The notes: generated by a model not told the origin, from the sequence alone. 32,000 nt of DNA from Moraxella nasicaprae (GCF_025643275.1 NZ_CP089977.1:1230001-1262000), one strand, 5' to 3'; positions 11,401 to 21,557 are shown, numbered from the stretch's first letter. Made by a program: numbers and translations.

Positions 11401-12579
11401 TTATTGAGTTGTGCCAACAAGGGTATATTTGGCGTTTTGTATGGCGTCTTTGATGGCGGGTATTTGGGCAAGTGTCGCTTGATAGCCAGATGTTATCAGA
11501 GCTTGGCGGTCTTCTTGATTAAAACCAACTTTGTATGTCTGTGGCTGAATCAGCACATCGCTTGCCTTAATGTCAGCAGCTTTGGCTTTATTGTTGATGC
11601 CAATATTGCCCAAAAATTGATAAAATTCCTCTTGGCTTTTTGGCAAAGTATTGGGCAGACCTTTTGGCAGGGGAATTTCAGCAATCTGTGGAAAAGCACC
11701 CAGCACGCCACCGATGATTTCTCCTAAGGGCAGCTCAAACGGCAGGTCTTTGGTGGCTTGGTCAATCTGTGATAAATCGATTGGGATATTAAAGGTGTCT
11801 TTGCCCCATTTGGCGGTGATGCCTTTATCGTCTCGACCGATGGAGATGGTGTTATTGGTGTTCTTGTCTTGATGTTCTAGGTCGTGTTGTGCGTTGGTGC
11901 GGTCTTTGGCATTTGCCATGATATCCACGCTGATGACGACATCTACCCCAAGTTCTTTGGCGATGGCGGCTGGCAGTAAAGCGGTGTTTGAGCCGTCAAT
12001 GTATTTTTTGCCAGTATCGACTGGAATGCGTGGCGGCACAAAGAAATTTGGCACGCTGGCAGAGGCTTGCACCATCAGCCCTGTCTCGCCTGATGAGAAT
12101 GCCACCGCCTTTTTATCCTGCATGTCAGTTGCTACCGCCACAAAACGAATGGGCAGCTGCTCGATGGGGCGATTGCCAGTTTGGGCGTTGATGTATTGGC
12201 GTAGCTTTTCCCCTGTTGCCAAGCCTTGTTTTGATGGGCTAAAATCAATCAGCTCATGTGGCGATAGTCGCAAGGCAATGCTTGTTAGACTTTTGCTGTC
12301 TTTGCCAGAGGCGTACATCGAGCCGACAATCGCCCCAGCACTGGTACCGACCACCATATTAGGATAAATGCCGTTTTCTTCTAGTGCCTGAATCGCACCC
12401 ACATGAGCAAAACCACGCAGACCGCCACCGCCCAGCACCAATGCCACCACAGGACGCTCTGGTGTGGCAGGTTTGACGGTGGTTTTTGGGGTGGTTGATG
12501 GTGCATCAATCGAGCTACACGCTGTCAGAAAAATCGCTGATAAAGAGGTGGCAACTGCCGTACGAAGTGCTGTATTCAT
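11401..12579 (-). CDS. patatin-like phospholipase family lipoprotein
   Basis: Lipobox LTAC after a hydrophobic leader (MNTALRTAVATSLSAIFLTAC). Oxyanion GGGGLRG, nucleophile elbow GTSAG, and catalytic Asp context IDGS. I trimmed the start to CAT 12577-12579. Confidence 0.8.
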   Translation of the reverse strand: MNTALRTAVATSLSAIFLTACSSIDAPSTTPKTTVKPATPERPVVALVLGGGGLRGFAHVGAIQALEENGIYPNMVVGTSAGAIVGSMYASGKDSKSLTSIALRLSPHELIDFSPSKQGLATGEKLRQYINAQTGNRPIEQLPIRFVAVATDMQDKKAVAFSSGETGLMVQASASVPNFFVPPRIPVDTGKKYIDGSNTALLPAAIAKELGVDVVISVDIMANAKDRTNAQHDLEHQDKNTNNTISIGRDDKGITAKWGKDTFNIPIDLSQIDQATKDLPFELPLGEIIGGVLGAFPQIAEIPLPKGLPNTLPKSQEEFYQFLGNIGINNKAKAADIKASDVLIQPQTYKVGFNQEDRQALITSGYQATLAQIPAIKDAIQNAKYTLVGTTQ

Positions 12580-12797
12580 AATCAACCTTGTGCTGGTTTG
12601 GCGTATTGACAAAACGCCCAATCAATTTTTGGCAAGTGTAGCACAGCTTGACCAGATATTTGGCAAAAAAGTAGTGGGCTTGCGTAGCGATTTTGTATCT
12701 GATATGCCATGATAAAATCATTTTTGCTTTTATGGATAAATTATTTTAAAATTTTGCTAACACTTTTTCGCGTCTAATCAATCAATAAGTAATCATT

Positions 12798-14894
12798 ATG
12801 TCTCATCAGATTCCTGCCGTTCATTTGCCCATCACTGCTTTGGCAGGCGTGGGGCAAGCATTGGCAAACCGTTTGGCACAGCTTGGCATTGTGCGTATTT
12901 TTGATATGCTCATGCACCTGCCACGAGATTATGAAGATCGCAGCCGTATTGTACCCATGATTCAGCTAGAACATGGCATGACGGCATTGGTATCAGGCGT
13001 GGTGATTGATGTTGAAAAAAATCGCACAGGTCTGTCGGTCACGCTTGAAGATGAGACAGGGCTTGTGGTGCTAAGGTTTTTTAGTAGCTATGCTTCGCTT
13101 GTCAATACGATGACGATTGGGGCAAAAATCACGGCATTTGGCGAAATTAAAATCAGCCATTATGGCGTGCAGATGTCGCACCCAGAGTTTTATTTGACAG
13201 GCACGCAATCTGCCCAGACAGGATTGCTGCCAATTTATCCATCGGTTAAGGGTCTGCACCAAAACAAGATTCGTCAGTTGGTACGCTTAGCCTTGCAAAC
13301 CGTTTCGCATGATGGGCTGTATGGATTGCATGATGAGCAGCTTGCCCTTGTTGGTATGGCAGGATTGAGCGATGTTTTGCCAGCATTACGGCAGATTCAT
13401 TTGCCTGACATACACGCTGATATTTTTAGCCAAACACAGCTTTTGGCAGGGCTAAAAGACCGTAGTCACCCAGCTTGTCGCAGGCTTATCATCGAAGAAT
13501 TGGTCGCTCATCAGCTAAGTTTTTTGTTTCGCAGAAATAATGTTTATGCCCATAAAGCACCCTTGTGTCAAACCGATAGCCCATTGGCGACAAAATTGGC
13601 AGAAGGGTTGCCGTTTAAGCTAACCAATGCTCAACAGCGAGTGATTGGCGATGCAGTGGCGGATATGGCAACCTCTCAGCCGATGCTTCGCTTGATACAA
13701 GGCGATGTCGGTGCTGGCAAAACGCTGGTCGCTGCGATGGTGGCGTGTCGTGCGTTGGATAGTGGGTGGCAGGTGGCAATCATGGCACCGACCGAGATTT
13801 TGGCGGAACAGCATCTCATCAATTTTCAAAAATGGTTTGAGCCACTTGGGATTGGTGTTGGCTGGTTGGCTGGCAAGCAGACTGCCAAAGAACGCTCACA
13901 GATGCTGCATCGCATTGCCGAAAATGAGGTGCAGATTGTCGTAGGGACGCACGCTTTGTTTCAAGACAGCGTGGTCTTTGCCAAATTGGGTTTGGTCATC
14001 ATTGATGAGCAACATCGATTTGGTGTGGAACAACGACTTAAACTCACCAATAAAGGCGTGGCAAACAGCACCCCACACCAACTGACGATGACCGCCACAC
14101 CCATTCCTCGTACGCTGGCAATGAGTATGTATGGCGACATGGATGTGTCCGTCATTGATGAACTGCCACCCAATCGCACTCCCATCACCACCGCCACCAT
14201 CAATCGAGACCGCCGAGATGAGGTCATCGAACGCATTCGTGAAAATTGCAAGGCAGGCAAACAGGCATATTGGGTGTGTCCTTTGGTTGAGGAATCTAGC
14301 ACGCTGGACGCTCAATCAGCACAGCTGATGTATGAAGATTTATGTGACCGATTGGATATTCGTTTGGGGTTGGTGCATGGCAAGATGAAAGCTGGCGAAA
14401 AACAGGCAACCATGCAGGCTTTTAAAGAGGGAAACATCGATTTGTTGGTGGCGACAACCGTCATTGAGGTGGGTGTTGATGTGCCAAATGCCTCTTTGAT
14501 GGTGATTGAGAATGCCGAGCGATTGGGGCTATCTCAGCTGCATCAGTTGCGTGGTCGGGTGGGGCGTGGCAGTGCCAAAAGTTTTTGTGTGCTGCTGTAT
14601 CAAGCACCGTTATCGCCCACAGGGATTGAGCGATTGAATGTATTAAGAGACAGTACGGACGGCTTTGTCATTGCTCAAAGAGACCTTGAACTGCGTGGTG
14701 CAGGCGAGTTGTTGGGCAAACGCCAAACAGGCGATATGGGTTATTATTTGGCGGATATTGTCCGTGATGAAGCGTTGCTAGAAGCAGCAGGCGTGATTGC
14801 TCGTCATCTTATTAACGACCCCAATAGCATCAAGCAAGCCTCCTTGATGATGAGTATGTGGTTGCCTGATGCCAAAGATTATGTCAATGTTTGA
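12798..14894 (+). CDS. recG: ATP-dependent DNA helicase RecG
   Basis: 698 aa with an N-terminal wedge/OB region, Walker A GDVGAGKT, DEQHRFG box, TATPIPRT, and QLRGRVGRG motifs. Confidence 0.95.
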   Translation: MSHQIPAVHLPITALAGVGQALANRLAQLGIVRIFDMLMHLPRDYEDRSRIVPMIQLEHGMTALVSGVVIDVEKNRTGLSVTLEDETGLVVLRFFSSYASLVNTMTIGAKITAFGEIKISHYGVQMSHPEFYLTGTQSAQTGLLPIYPSVKGLHQNKIRQLVRLALQTVSHDGLYGLHDEQLALVGMAGLSDVLPALRQIHLPDIHADIFSQTQLLAGLKDRSHPACRRLIIEELVAHQLSFLFRRNNVYAHKAPLCQTDSPLATKLAEGLPFKLTNAQQRVIGDAVADMATSQPMLRLIQGDVGAGKTLVAAMVACRALDSGWQVAIMAPTEILAEQHLINFQKWFEPLGIGVGWLAGKQTAKERSQMLHRIAENEVQIVVGTHALFQDSVVFAKLGLVIIDEQHRFGVEQRLKLTNKGVANSTPHQLTMTATPIPRTLAMSMYGDMDVSVIDELPPNRTPITTATINRDRRDEVIERIRENCKAGKQAYWVCPLVEESSTLDAQSAQLMYEDLCDRLDIRLGLVHGKMKAGEKQATMQAFKEGNIDLLVATTVIEVGVDVPNASLMVIENAERLGLSQLHQLRGRVGRGSAKSFCVLLYQAPLSPTGIERLNVLRDSTDGFVIAQRDLELRGAGELLGKRQTGDMGYYLADIVRDEALLEAAGVIARHLINDPNSIKQASLMMSMWLPDAKDYVNV

Positions 14895-14949
14895 GTGTTG
14901 TTATTGCTATCTTTGCATTTTTGCAAAATGAAGTTGCGTTTTTGTTGCC

Positions 14950-14978
14950 TTGTGCAACTGATGAAAACTTGGCATAAT
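14950..14978 (+). promoter_or_regulatory. candidate promoter for yceI (TTGTGC-17 bp-TGgCATAAT extended -10)
   Basis: TTGTGC at 14950-14955 and CATAAT at 14973-14978, preceded by TGg. Confidence 0.4.
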
Positions 14979-15014
14979 ACCAAACAGTATGATTCATTCA
15001 CTTTGCAGGAAAAT

Positions 15015-15584
15015 ATGATGAAAGCCAAACTATTGACCGCTCTTGTGGCGGTAGCGACTGCCAGCTCAGCGATGGCGGCAACTTATGAGATTGACCCATT
15101 TCACACCAATGCCAGATTTGCCATTGACCACTTTAAGACCAGCACCAATGTGGGTGGTTTTTATGGATTGACAGGTCAGGTTGATTTTGACCAAGCCAAA
15201 CGCAAGGGTAAGCTAGACATCGAGATTCCTGTCAAGAATCTACAAGCCAGCTCGCCACAATTTACCCAGCATCTGCTATCAGCGGATTTGTTCAATGCAG
15301 AAGCTTATCCGACAATGCGTTTTGAATCAACCAGATTTAATTTTGTAAAAAATAAACTTAAATCAGTTGATGGCAAGCTGACTTTGTTGGGCAAGACTCA
15401 CCCTGTTCGCTTGATTGCCAACAAATTTAATTGCTACGACAGCCCAATGCTAAAAACCCAAGTGTGTGGTGGTGATTTTACCGCAACCATCGACCGTACC
15501 AAATGGGGCATGAATTATTTGGTTGATGTGGGCATGAGTAAGTCAGTCAAACTTGACATTCAGATTGAGGCTGGCAAAAAATAA
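15015..15584 (+). CDS. yceI: YceI-family periplasmic polyisoprenoid-binding protein
   Basis: Signal peptide MMKAKLLTALVAVATASSAMA, then YEIDPFHTNARFAIDHF...G.F and DRTKWGM, typical of YceI-like proteins. I trimmed the start from 14895 to ATG 15015 (SD GCAGGA). Confidence 0.85.
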   Translation: MMKAKLLTALVAVATASSAMAATYEIDPFHTNARFAIDHFKTSTNVGGFYGLTGQVDFDQAKRKGKLDIEIPVKNLQASSPQFTQHLLSADLFNAEAYPTMRFESTRFNFVKNKLKSVDGKLTLLGKTHPVRLIANKFNCYDSPMLKTQVCGGDFTATIDRTKWGMNYLVDVGMSKSVKLDIQIEAGKK

Positions 15585-15658
15585 TGAGCTTGGGGCAAGT
15601 GGTATGTCAAGCTAATGTGACATACTGCTAAAACTTAGACTGCCCGCATGGCTTGATG

Positions 15659-15693
15659 ACGCAAGGTTTATTTGATGAATCTTGCGTTTTTTT
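15659..15693 (+). terminator. rho-independent terminator after yceI (overlaps the coaE stop)
   Basis: Stem ACGCAAG (15659-15665) / CTTGCGT (15681-15687), followed by T7. Confidence 0.6.
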
Positions 15694-16330
15694 ATTGGGC
15701 AGTATTTGACTGAGCAAGCTGTTGATATTTTTGGTGTAATGGGGCAAGTTTGGCAAACAGCTCATCAAGCGTGCCTGTATTTTGGATAATATCCGCCCCT
15801 AGCGTTGTTGCCAATGCCAGTCTGTCAGCACGGCTAATTTGTTTGTTGATGATGGATTGGATTTGGGCAAGGCTGTTACCGTCTCGCTGACTGGCTCTGG
15901 TTTGTTGTAGTGATGTTGGCACATCGATGACAAGTAAATAATCACACAAGGACAGTAGGCTTGGCTGGTTGTGTCTGGTTTCAAATAATAATGGCACTGA
16001 GAGTATCACATAGCTTGATGTCGCCATTGCCAGTGCTTGATTGATGGCATCTTTGATGGCAGGGTGCATGATGGCGTTAAGTTTTTGTAAGGCATCAGGG
16101 TTGTCAAAGACATAAGCTCGCATGGCTTTGCGGTCATAGTTACCTTCTTGGTCGATGACCCAATCGCCAAAGGTGTGCTGTAATTTTTTTAGAGTATCGC
16201 TGCCTTTTTGGGTGAGTTTGTGGGCGATGACATCAGCATCAATGACATCAATGCCAAGTCCTGCAAAATAGTCACTGACCGCTGTTTTGCCACTACCAAT
16301 ACCGCCTGTTAGACCAATGATAATCATCAT
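15692..16330 (-). CDS. coaE: dephospho-CoA kinase
   Basis: N-terminal P-loop MMIIIGLTGGIGSGKT. Length is about 212 aa. It has the conserved position downstream of pilBCD. The start is CAT 16328-16330 with SD CAGGAA. Confidence 0.9.
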   Translation of the reverse strand: MMIIIGLTGGIGSGKTAVSDYFAGLGIDVIDADVIAHKLTQKGSDTLKKLQHTFGDWVIDQEGNYDRKAMRAYVFDNPDALQKLNAIMHPAIKDAINQALAMATSSYVILSVPLLFETRHNQPSLLSLCDYLLVIDVPTSLQQTRASQRDGNSLAQIQSIINKQISRADRLALATTLGADIIQNTGTLDELFAKLAPLHQKYQQLAQSNTAQ

Positions 16331-16448
16331 AAATTCCTGTATTTTATTAAAAAAATGAGTTTGGGGCTTAAAAATAAGCAACCAAGAAAGCGGTGCATGG
16401 TTGGTTTGTCAAACGATAATGGCTTTCTTGTTCTAATGGTTTGGGGCG

Positions 16449-16478
16449 AAAAAAACTTGGTCTAAGCATATTTTAGAC
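16449..16478 (-). terminator. candidate terminator after pilD (minus strand)
   Basis: GGTCTAA (16459-16465) / TTAGACC (16472-16478) stem. On the minus strand it is followed by AAGTTTTTTT. Confidence 0.5.
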
Positions 16479-16492
16479 CGCCACCAACCAAT

Positions 16493-17356
16493 TCATCCGA
16501 TTGGCATGAATAGATACGCCATCACTGCCTTGCCAAAAAATAGCCCAACCACACCGCCGATGCTCAAATAAGGCCCAAAGGCAAAACGATGAGTGCCTTG
16601 TTTTTGATGATACAGACCTGCCGCCACCCCAAATAAAGCGGCGACAAACAGCACCAAAGGCAGCAGCCAAACTCCCAGCCAAATACCCAATACGCCCAGT
16701 AATTTGGCATCGCCAAGCCCCATGCCGTCATGCCCTGTGATGAGTCGATAGATGGCATTGATAAGCCATAACACACCAAAGCCTGCCACCGCACCAAGCA
16801 AGGCATCATTGGCTGTGGCAAAAGTATGATTGACATTGGCAATCATGCCCAGCAGTCCTAATATCACCACCAGTCGGTCGGGCAATAGCTGATGTTTGTA
16901 GTCAATGGCGGATAGTGCCAGCAAAAGATACACAAAAGCCAATACCCACAATAACTGCATGGATATGCCAAACACCCCAAGGCTCATCACGCTAAGCAAC
17001 ATTGCCATCAGTTCGATGAGTAGATAGCTTTTGGCGATTGGATTTTGGCAATGCCGACATCTGCCACCCAAAAGCAGATGGCTGATGATGGGAATGTTGT
17101 CACGCCAAGCAATGCGATGATGGCAATGCACACAATGTGATGCAGGATAGGATAGATTGATGGGCTGACTGTCAGACAGTTGGGCGATGAGTTCTGTTTG
17201 GCAGTCGGTGGATAAAGACTTCTCTTGCAAGTATTGTATGATGTCTTGATGCCATTGTTGATACATCATGATGGGCAAGCGATGAATGATGACATTGATA
17301 AAGCTGCCCATACAGGCTCCAATGATTGCCACGAATAGACCAATAATCCACATCAT
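16493..17356 (-). CDS. pilD: prepilin leader peptidase / N-methyltransferase (A24 family)
   Basis: 287 aa, polytopic. Cys pairs CVHCHH...CRHCQ of the methyltransferase domain and aspartyl peptidase motif GMGLGDAKLL. Confidence 0.9.
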   Translation of the reverse strand: MMWIIGLFVAIIGACMGSFINVIIHRLPIMMYQQWHQDIIQYLQEKSLSTDCQTELIAQLSDSQPINLSYPASHCVHCHHRIAWRDNIPIISHLLLGGRCRHCQNPIAKSYLLIELMAMLLSVMSLGVFGISMQLLWVLAFVYLLLALSAIDYKHQLLPDRLVVILGLLGMIANVNHTFATANDALLGAVAGFGVLWLINAIYRLITGHDGMGLGDAKLLGVLGIWLGVWLLPLVLFVAALFGVAAGLYHQKQGTHRFAFGPYLSIGGVVGLFFGKAVMAYLFMPIG

Positions 17357-17357
17357 C

Positions 17358-18563
17358 TTATGACCCTATGCCCAAATAAAAAATCGGTAAATACATCGCC
17401 AATACCAAAGTCCCAACCAATACGCCCAGCACAATCATGATGATGGGTTCTAGCATATTAAGCAGGGTTTTGGTTGTTTGTTGCACGGCATCTTGATGAT
17501 ACAAAGCGATTTTGTCAAGCATTTGTGTCAGCTGTCCAGATTCTTCGCCAATCATCATCAACTGTATGCTGATGGGTGTAAATAGACCCGATTGCTTGGC
17601 GGCGCTGGTTAGGGTGCTGCCTGTCTGCACTTGGGATTTGAGCGTGTGCATTTGCTCGATGAACAGTTCATCATTCGTGGCGTGGCTTGCCAGCTGTATG
17701 GCGTGTGGCAACGCCACCCCTGCACCAAAAGTGATGGCAAGTGCACTGGCAAATCTGGCATTGGCACTGTCTTTGAGTAATTGACCAATCACAGGTATTC
17801 GCATGATGTGCTTGATAAGATACAGACGAGTGGATTGACGACGACGATATCGCCAGCCGATGAATGCGGATATGGCAGCCAACATGATAAAACCATACCA
17901 AAAATAGGCACGCAATATTTCTGATAATTGTAGCACCAGCTGAGTCAATAACGGCAACTGACTACCCATCGATTCAAAGGTCTTGGCAAAACTTGGGACG
18001 ACTTTGAGTAGTAGCACCGTCATCACAATCAGTGCCACAGCCACAACCGCCACAGGATATCGCAGGGCTTGATGAAGGTTTTGTTTGAGTTTGACCTGAT
18101 TTTCATGATGATTGGCAAGCTGTATGAGCATCATATCTAGTGTGCCAGATTGTTCGCCAGCGTCGATGAGGGCGATGGTCAAGCGTCCAAAGATGTACTG
18201 GTGTTTTTTGATGGCATGGGCAAAACTTAGCCCAGATTCGATGTCTTGCCTGATTTGTGTGATGACTTGTTTTAGATGGCGATGATGGGTGTTTTGGGCG
18301 ATGATGGATAATGCTTTATCCAGCATGATGCCAGCCTGCACTAAGGTTGCCAGCGTTCTTAGTACGATGAGTAATTCTTTTGAGTGGACTTTGGTGCTGC
18401 GTGGCAACAGAGGTTTGCTGGCGACCGACAGGCGAATGTCAGACAACCCTTGTTTTGTCAGCGATACTTTGGCAAGAGCAGGATTGCTGGCTTGTATGTC
18501 GCCTTTGACTGTCTGTCCACGACGGTCGATGGCTTTGTAGCGAAAGTGTTTGGATTTAGTCAT
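17358..18563 (-). CDS. pilC: type IV pilus assembly platform protein PilC (GspF family)
   Basis: 401 aa with two T2SSF-type repeats (LRTLATLVQAGIMLDKAL / FASALAITFGAGVALPHAI) and three hydrophobic TM segments. It ends 1 nt before the pilD start. Confidence 0.9.
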   Translation of the reverse strand: MTKSKHFRYKAIDRRGQTVKGDIQASNPALAKVSLTKQGLSDIRLSVASKPLLPRSTKVHSKELLIVLRTLATLVQAGIMLDKALSIIAQNTHHRHLKQVITQIRQDIESGLSFAHAIKKHQYIFGRLTIALIDAGEQSGTLDMMLIQLANHHENQVKLKQNLHQALRYPVAVVAVALIVMTVLLLKVVPSFAKTFESMGSQLPLLTQLVLQLSEILRAYFWYGFIMLAAISAFIGWRYRRRQSTRLYLIKHIMRIPVIGQLLKDSANARFASALAITFGAGVALPHAIQLASHATNDELFIEQMHTLKSQVQTGSTLTSAAKQSGLFTPISIQLMMIGEESGQLTQMLDKIALYHQDAVQQTTKTLLNMLEPIIMIVLGVLVGTLVLAMYLPIFYLGIGS

Positions 18564-20217
18564 GTATCACCCGATACATTTCTTGCAAACTGATGATGCC
18601 GTCAGCCACCAATTGTAAGGCGGATTGTTTGAGGCTCAGATTGCCTGCTTGAAAGTTGTGTTTGGCGATGTCTTGACTGCTTTTTTGTTGAATAATCATA
18701 TCAGCGATGTCAGGCGTGATGGGCAGGCATTCAAAAACACCAATGCGTCCACGATAGCCATCTCGACAACGATGACAGCCCACCGCTTCAAAAATCACAG
18801 GTGGATTGTCACATTGTGCTGGCGAAAATCCTGCTTCGCTTAGGCTTTGTCTGGGGATTGTGATGGGGCGTTTGCAGTCACTGCATAGTTTTCTGGCAAG
18901 TCTTTGGGCGATGATGAGACTTACCGAATCAGCCAACAAAAAATTGACCACGCCCATGCTATGCAAGCGACCAACGGCTTCGCTGGATGAATTGGTGTGC
19001 AAAGTGGATAAGACCAAATGTCCTGTTTGGGCGGCTTTGATGGCGATTTGGGCGGTCTGAGTATCTCGTATCTCGCCCACCATAATCACATCAGGGTCTT
19101 GGCGTAAAAATGCTCGTAGTACTTCGGGAAAATCCAGTCCAATTTTTGGATTGATATTCACCTGATTGATGCCATTAAGATAGATTTCCACAGGGTCTTC
19201 GGCACTTAGAATATTACGATTTTCTTGATTGAGCAAACTAAGAGCGGTATATAATGACACCGTCTTGCCAGAGCCTGTTGGACCTGTGATGAGTATCATG
19301 CCTTGTGGTTTGTTGATGGCGGTCAAAAATTGCTGTTTTTGAATATCATTAAGACCAAGTTTGTCAATATCAATGAGAGATTTTTGCCCATCTAGGATTC
19401 TTAATACGACCTTTTCGCCAAATAAGGTGGGTAGGGTACTGACTCGAAAATCCACCGATTTGTGTTCACTGATGGGCAGTTTGATGCGTCCATCTTGGGG
19501 TTTTCTGCGTTCAGAAATATCCAGCGATGCCATGATTTTTAGGCGTGCGGCAATCTTATTGGCGTGACTGTTTGCCAAAGTGCTGATGGTGTGCATCACG
19601 CCATCAATGCGATAGCGAATGCGACACTGTGTCTCATAGGGTTCAAAATGAATGTCTGACGCTTGTAATTTTATGGCATCTGTTAGGATTTTATTCACAA
19701 ATTTGACGGTCGGTGTGTCCAAGATGGTTGTATCATCATCGGTGTTTTCGATGATTTCTTCGCCATCAAGCTCGATGGGTGTGCCAAAATGTTGTTTTTG
19801 GAGCCACTGGCTTAGCTTGTCTTCTTCGACCAGTACAGGCTCAATGTGCAATCTGGTGGCAAATCGAAAAGCGTCAATGGCTTCTTGATTGGTTGGGTCG
19901 CTCATCGCTAATTTAAGCCATTGTCCTTGTCTTTGCAAGGGCAACACTCGATGGCGAGTGATGAGTTTTTCGTCCAAATCATCAGGCAAAGCCTCATGCC
20001 AATCGTCCAAATCCATCACGGTCAATCCAAGCGTTTGGCTCAGTAGATTGGCGATGGTGCTGGCGGGCAGTAGATGCTGAGCGACCAAATGACTGACCAA
20101 GGGCATCGCCTGATTGCGTGCGTCTTGTATGGCGGTGTGCAGGGTTGTTTGGTCTAATAGTTGATGCGTGGATAAAATCTTGGCAAGCCCATGCCCAAAA
20201 ACAGCAGTATTCATCAT
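18556..20217 (-). CDS. pilB: type IV pilus extension ATPase PilB (GspE family)
   Basis: N-terminal GSPII-type domain, Walker A GPTGSGKT, Asp box, Walker B, His box, and a tetracysteine CSDC...CHRC motif. It has an 8-nt overlap with the pilC start. I trimmed the start to MMNTAVF (CAT 20215-20217), and 20214 is equally possible. Confidence 0.9.
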   Translation of the reverse strand: MMNTAVFGHGLAKILSTHQLLDQTTLHTAIQDARNQAMPLVSHLVAQHLLPASTIANLLSQTLGLTVMDLDDWHEALPDDLDEKLITRHRVLPLQRQGQWLKLAMSDPTNQEAIDAFRFATRLHIEPVLVEEDKLSQWLQKQHFGTPIELDGEEIIENTDDDTTILDTPTVKFVNKILTDAIKLQASDIHFEPYETQCRIRYRIDGVMHTISTLANSHANKIAARLKIMASLDISERRKPQDGRIKLPISEHKSVDFRVSTLPTLFGEKVVLRILDGQKSLIDIDKLGLNDIQKQQFLTAINKPQGMILITGPTGSGKTVSLYTALSLLNQENRNILSAEDPVEIYLNGINQVNINPKIGLDFPEVLRAFLRQDPDVIMVGEIRDTQTAQIAIKAAQTGHLVLSTLHTNSSSEAVGRLHSMGVVNFLLADSVSLIIAQRLARKLCSDCKRPITIPRQSLSEAGFSPAQCDNPPVIFEAVGCHRCRDGYRGRIGVFECLPITPDIADMIIQQKSSQDIAKHNFQAGNLSLKQSALQLVADGIISLQEMYRVIHD

Positions 20218-20388
20218 ACAAATTAAGCAAGTGGATAAAATATTGCCCTGATAGTAGCGTTTTTTGAGCAAAATACCAAGTGTTTTTGATGATTTTTGTG
20301 AAATTTACAAAATGCTTTTTATTTGTTGGCGAATTTAGGTTATAATGGTGCGTTTAGGGTGTATTGCTATTGTATCAATGGAAGTCTT

Positions 20389-21138
20389 ATGAAAAACAGC
20401 AAATATGTCATCGGTAATTGGAAAACCAATCCAGCCACCAAAGCCCAAGCGATGGAACTGGCACAGTTTTTGTCCACCTTAAACGGTCAGACCAAGACAG
20501 TGCAAGTGGGTTGTGCCCCAAGTTTGGTGCATCTTGATGCGGTGAGCGGTCTTTTGTCAAAGACGGATATTTTGGTTGGTTGCCAAGACATTTGTGCGTT
20601 TACCGCTGATGTGGGTGCTTACACAGGCGATGTGTCAGCCGCTCAGCTTGTTGATACAGGGGTTCAGTTTGTGCTTGTTGGGCATTCAGAACGCCGTTCG
20701 TATTATGGCGAAAGCACGATACTGCTGACTGCCAAGATACAGCAGGCACTGCATGCTGATTTGACAGTGGTGTTTTGCATTGGCGAGACCAAAGAACAAT
20801 ATACAGCCGCTCAGACACTCACCGTACTAGAAGAGCAGTTGGCGATTTTGTCATCAATTGAAGTGCCAGCAAGCAAGCTCATCATTGCCTATGAGCCTGT
20901 GTGGGCGATTGGCACGGGTCTGACACCAACGGTCGATGAAGTGGTGCATACCCATCGCCATATCCAAAGTGTCCTAACCAATATGGGCTTGTCAGGTGTT
21001 AGCGTTCTATATGGAGGCAGCGTCAATGCCAGCAATGCTGGGCAATTTGCCCAATTTGATGAAATTGGCGGTGCTTTGGTGGGTGGTGCGTCCCTAAAAG
21101 CAGACAGTTTTGCACAGATTATTGAAGCATTTGCTTGA
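20389..21138 (+). CDS. tpiA: triosephosphate isomerase
   Basis: IGNWKTN, VGHSERR, and AYEPVWAIGTG motifs. I trimmed the start to ATG 20389 (MKNSKYVIGNWK). Confidence 0.9.
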   Translation: MKNSKYVIGNWKTNPATKAQAMELAQFLSTLNGQTKTVQVGCAPSLVHLDAVSGLLSKTDILVGCQDICAFTADVGAYTGDVSAAQLVDTGVQFVLVGHSERRSYYGESTILLTAKIQQALHADLTVVFCIGETKEQYTAAQTLTVLEEQLAILSSIEVPASKLIIAYEPVWAIGTGLTPTVDEVVHTHRHIQSVLTNMGLSGVSVLYGGSVNASNAGQFAQFDEIGGALVGGASLKADSFAQIIEAFA

Positions 21139-21214
21139 TTTTGTGTCATCAGACCCTATTTAGCCAATCTGATGAGTTTATAAGAAAGCAGATTTTTGCT
21201 ATTTTGAGAAGATT

Positions 21215-21511
21215 ATGTTTACAGTTATTTTAGCCATTCATATTATTGTCGCCATCGTGATGAGCGGATTGATTTTGATTCAGCATGGCAAAGGGGCAGA
21301 TGCTGGTGCTTCGTTTGGCTCAGGTGCGGCAGGTACGGTATTTGGTGCATCAGGCTCTGCCAATTTTTTGACCCGTGCGACAGCGATTTTGGCAACCATC
21401 TTTTTTATCACCAGTCTTGCTTTGGCGTATCATGCCCAAAAACAAGCCCAAGACCAGCTAAGACTTGATGTGCCAGCAACTACCTCAGCTCCTGCACAAA
21501 AAACTCACTAA
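21215..21511 (+). CDS. secG: preprotein translocase subunit SecG
   Basis: 98 aa with two TM segments flanking [23 protein letters not shown]. It is followed by tRNA-Leu, as in E. coli secG-leuU. Confidence 0.85.
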   Translation: MFTVILAIHIIVAIVMSGLILIQHGKGADAGASFGSGAAGTVFGASGSANFLTRATAILATIFFITSLALAYHAQKQAQDQLRLDVPATTSAPAQKTH

Positions 21512-21557
21512 GCTGCTTGCTATTGATTGAGTTTTTGGGTAGAATAACCCAAGTTTT

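Noticed and set aside
15602-15625. Inverted repeat GTATGTCA-N8-TGACATAC downstream of yceI, considered as the terminator.
   Set aside because: No T-run follows it. The downstream hairpin at 15659-15693 with T7 is the better terminator, so this one may be only an mRNA-stabilising stem or chance.
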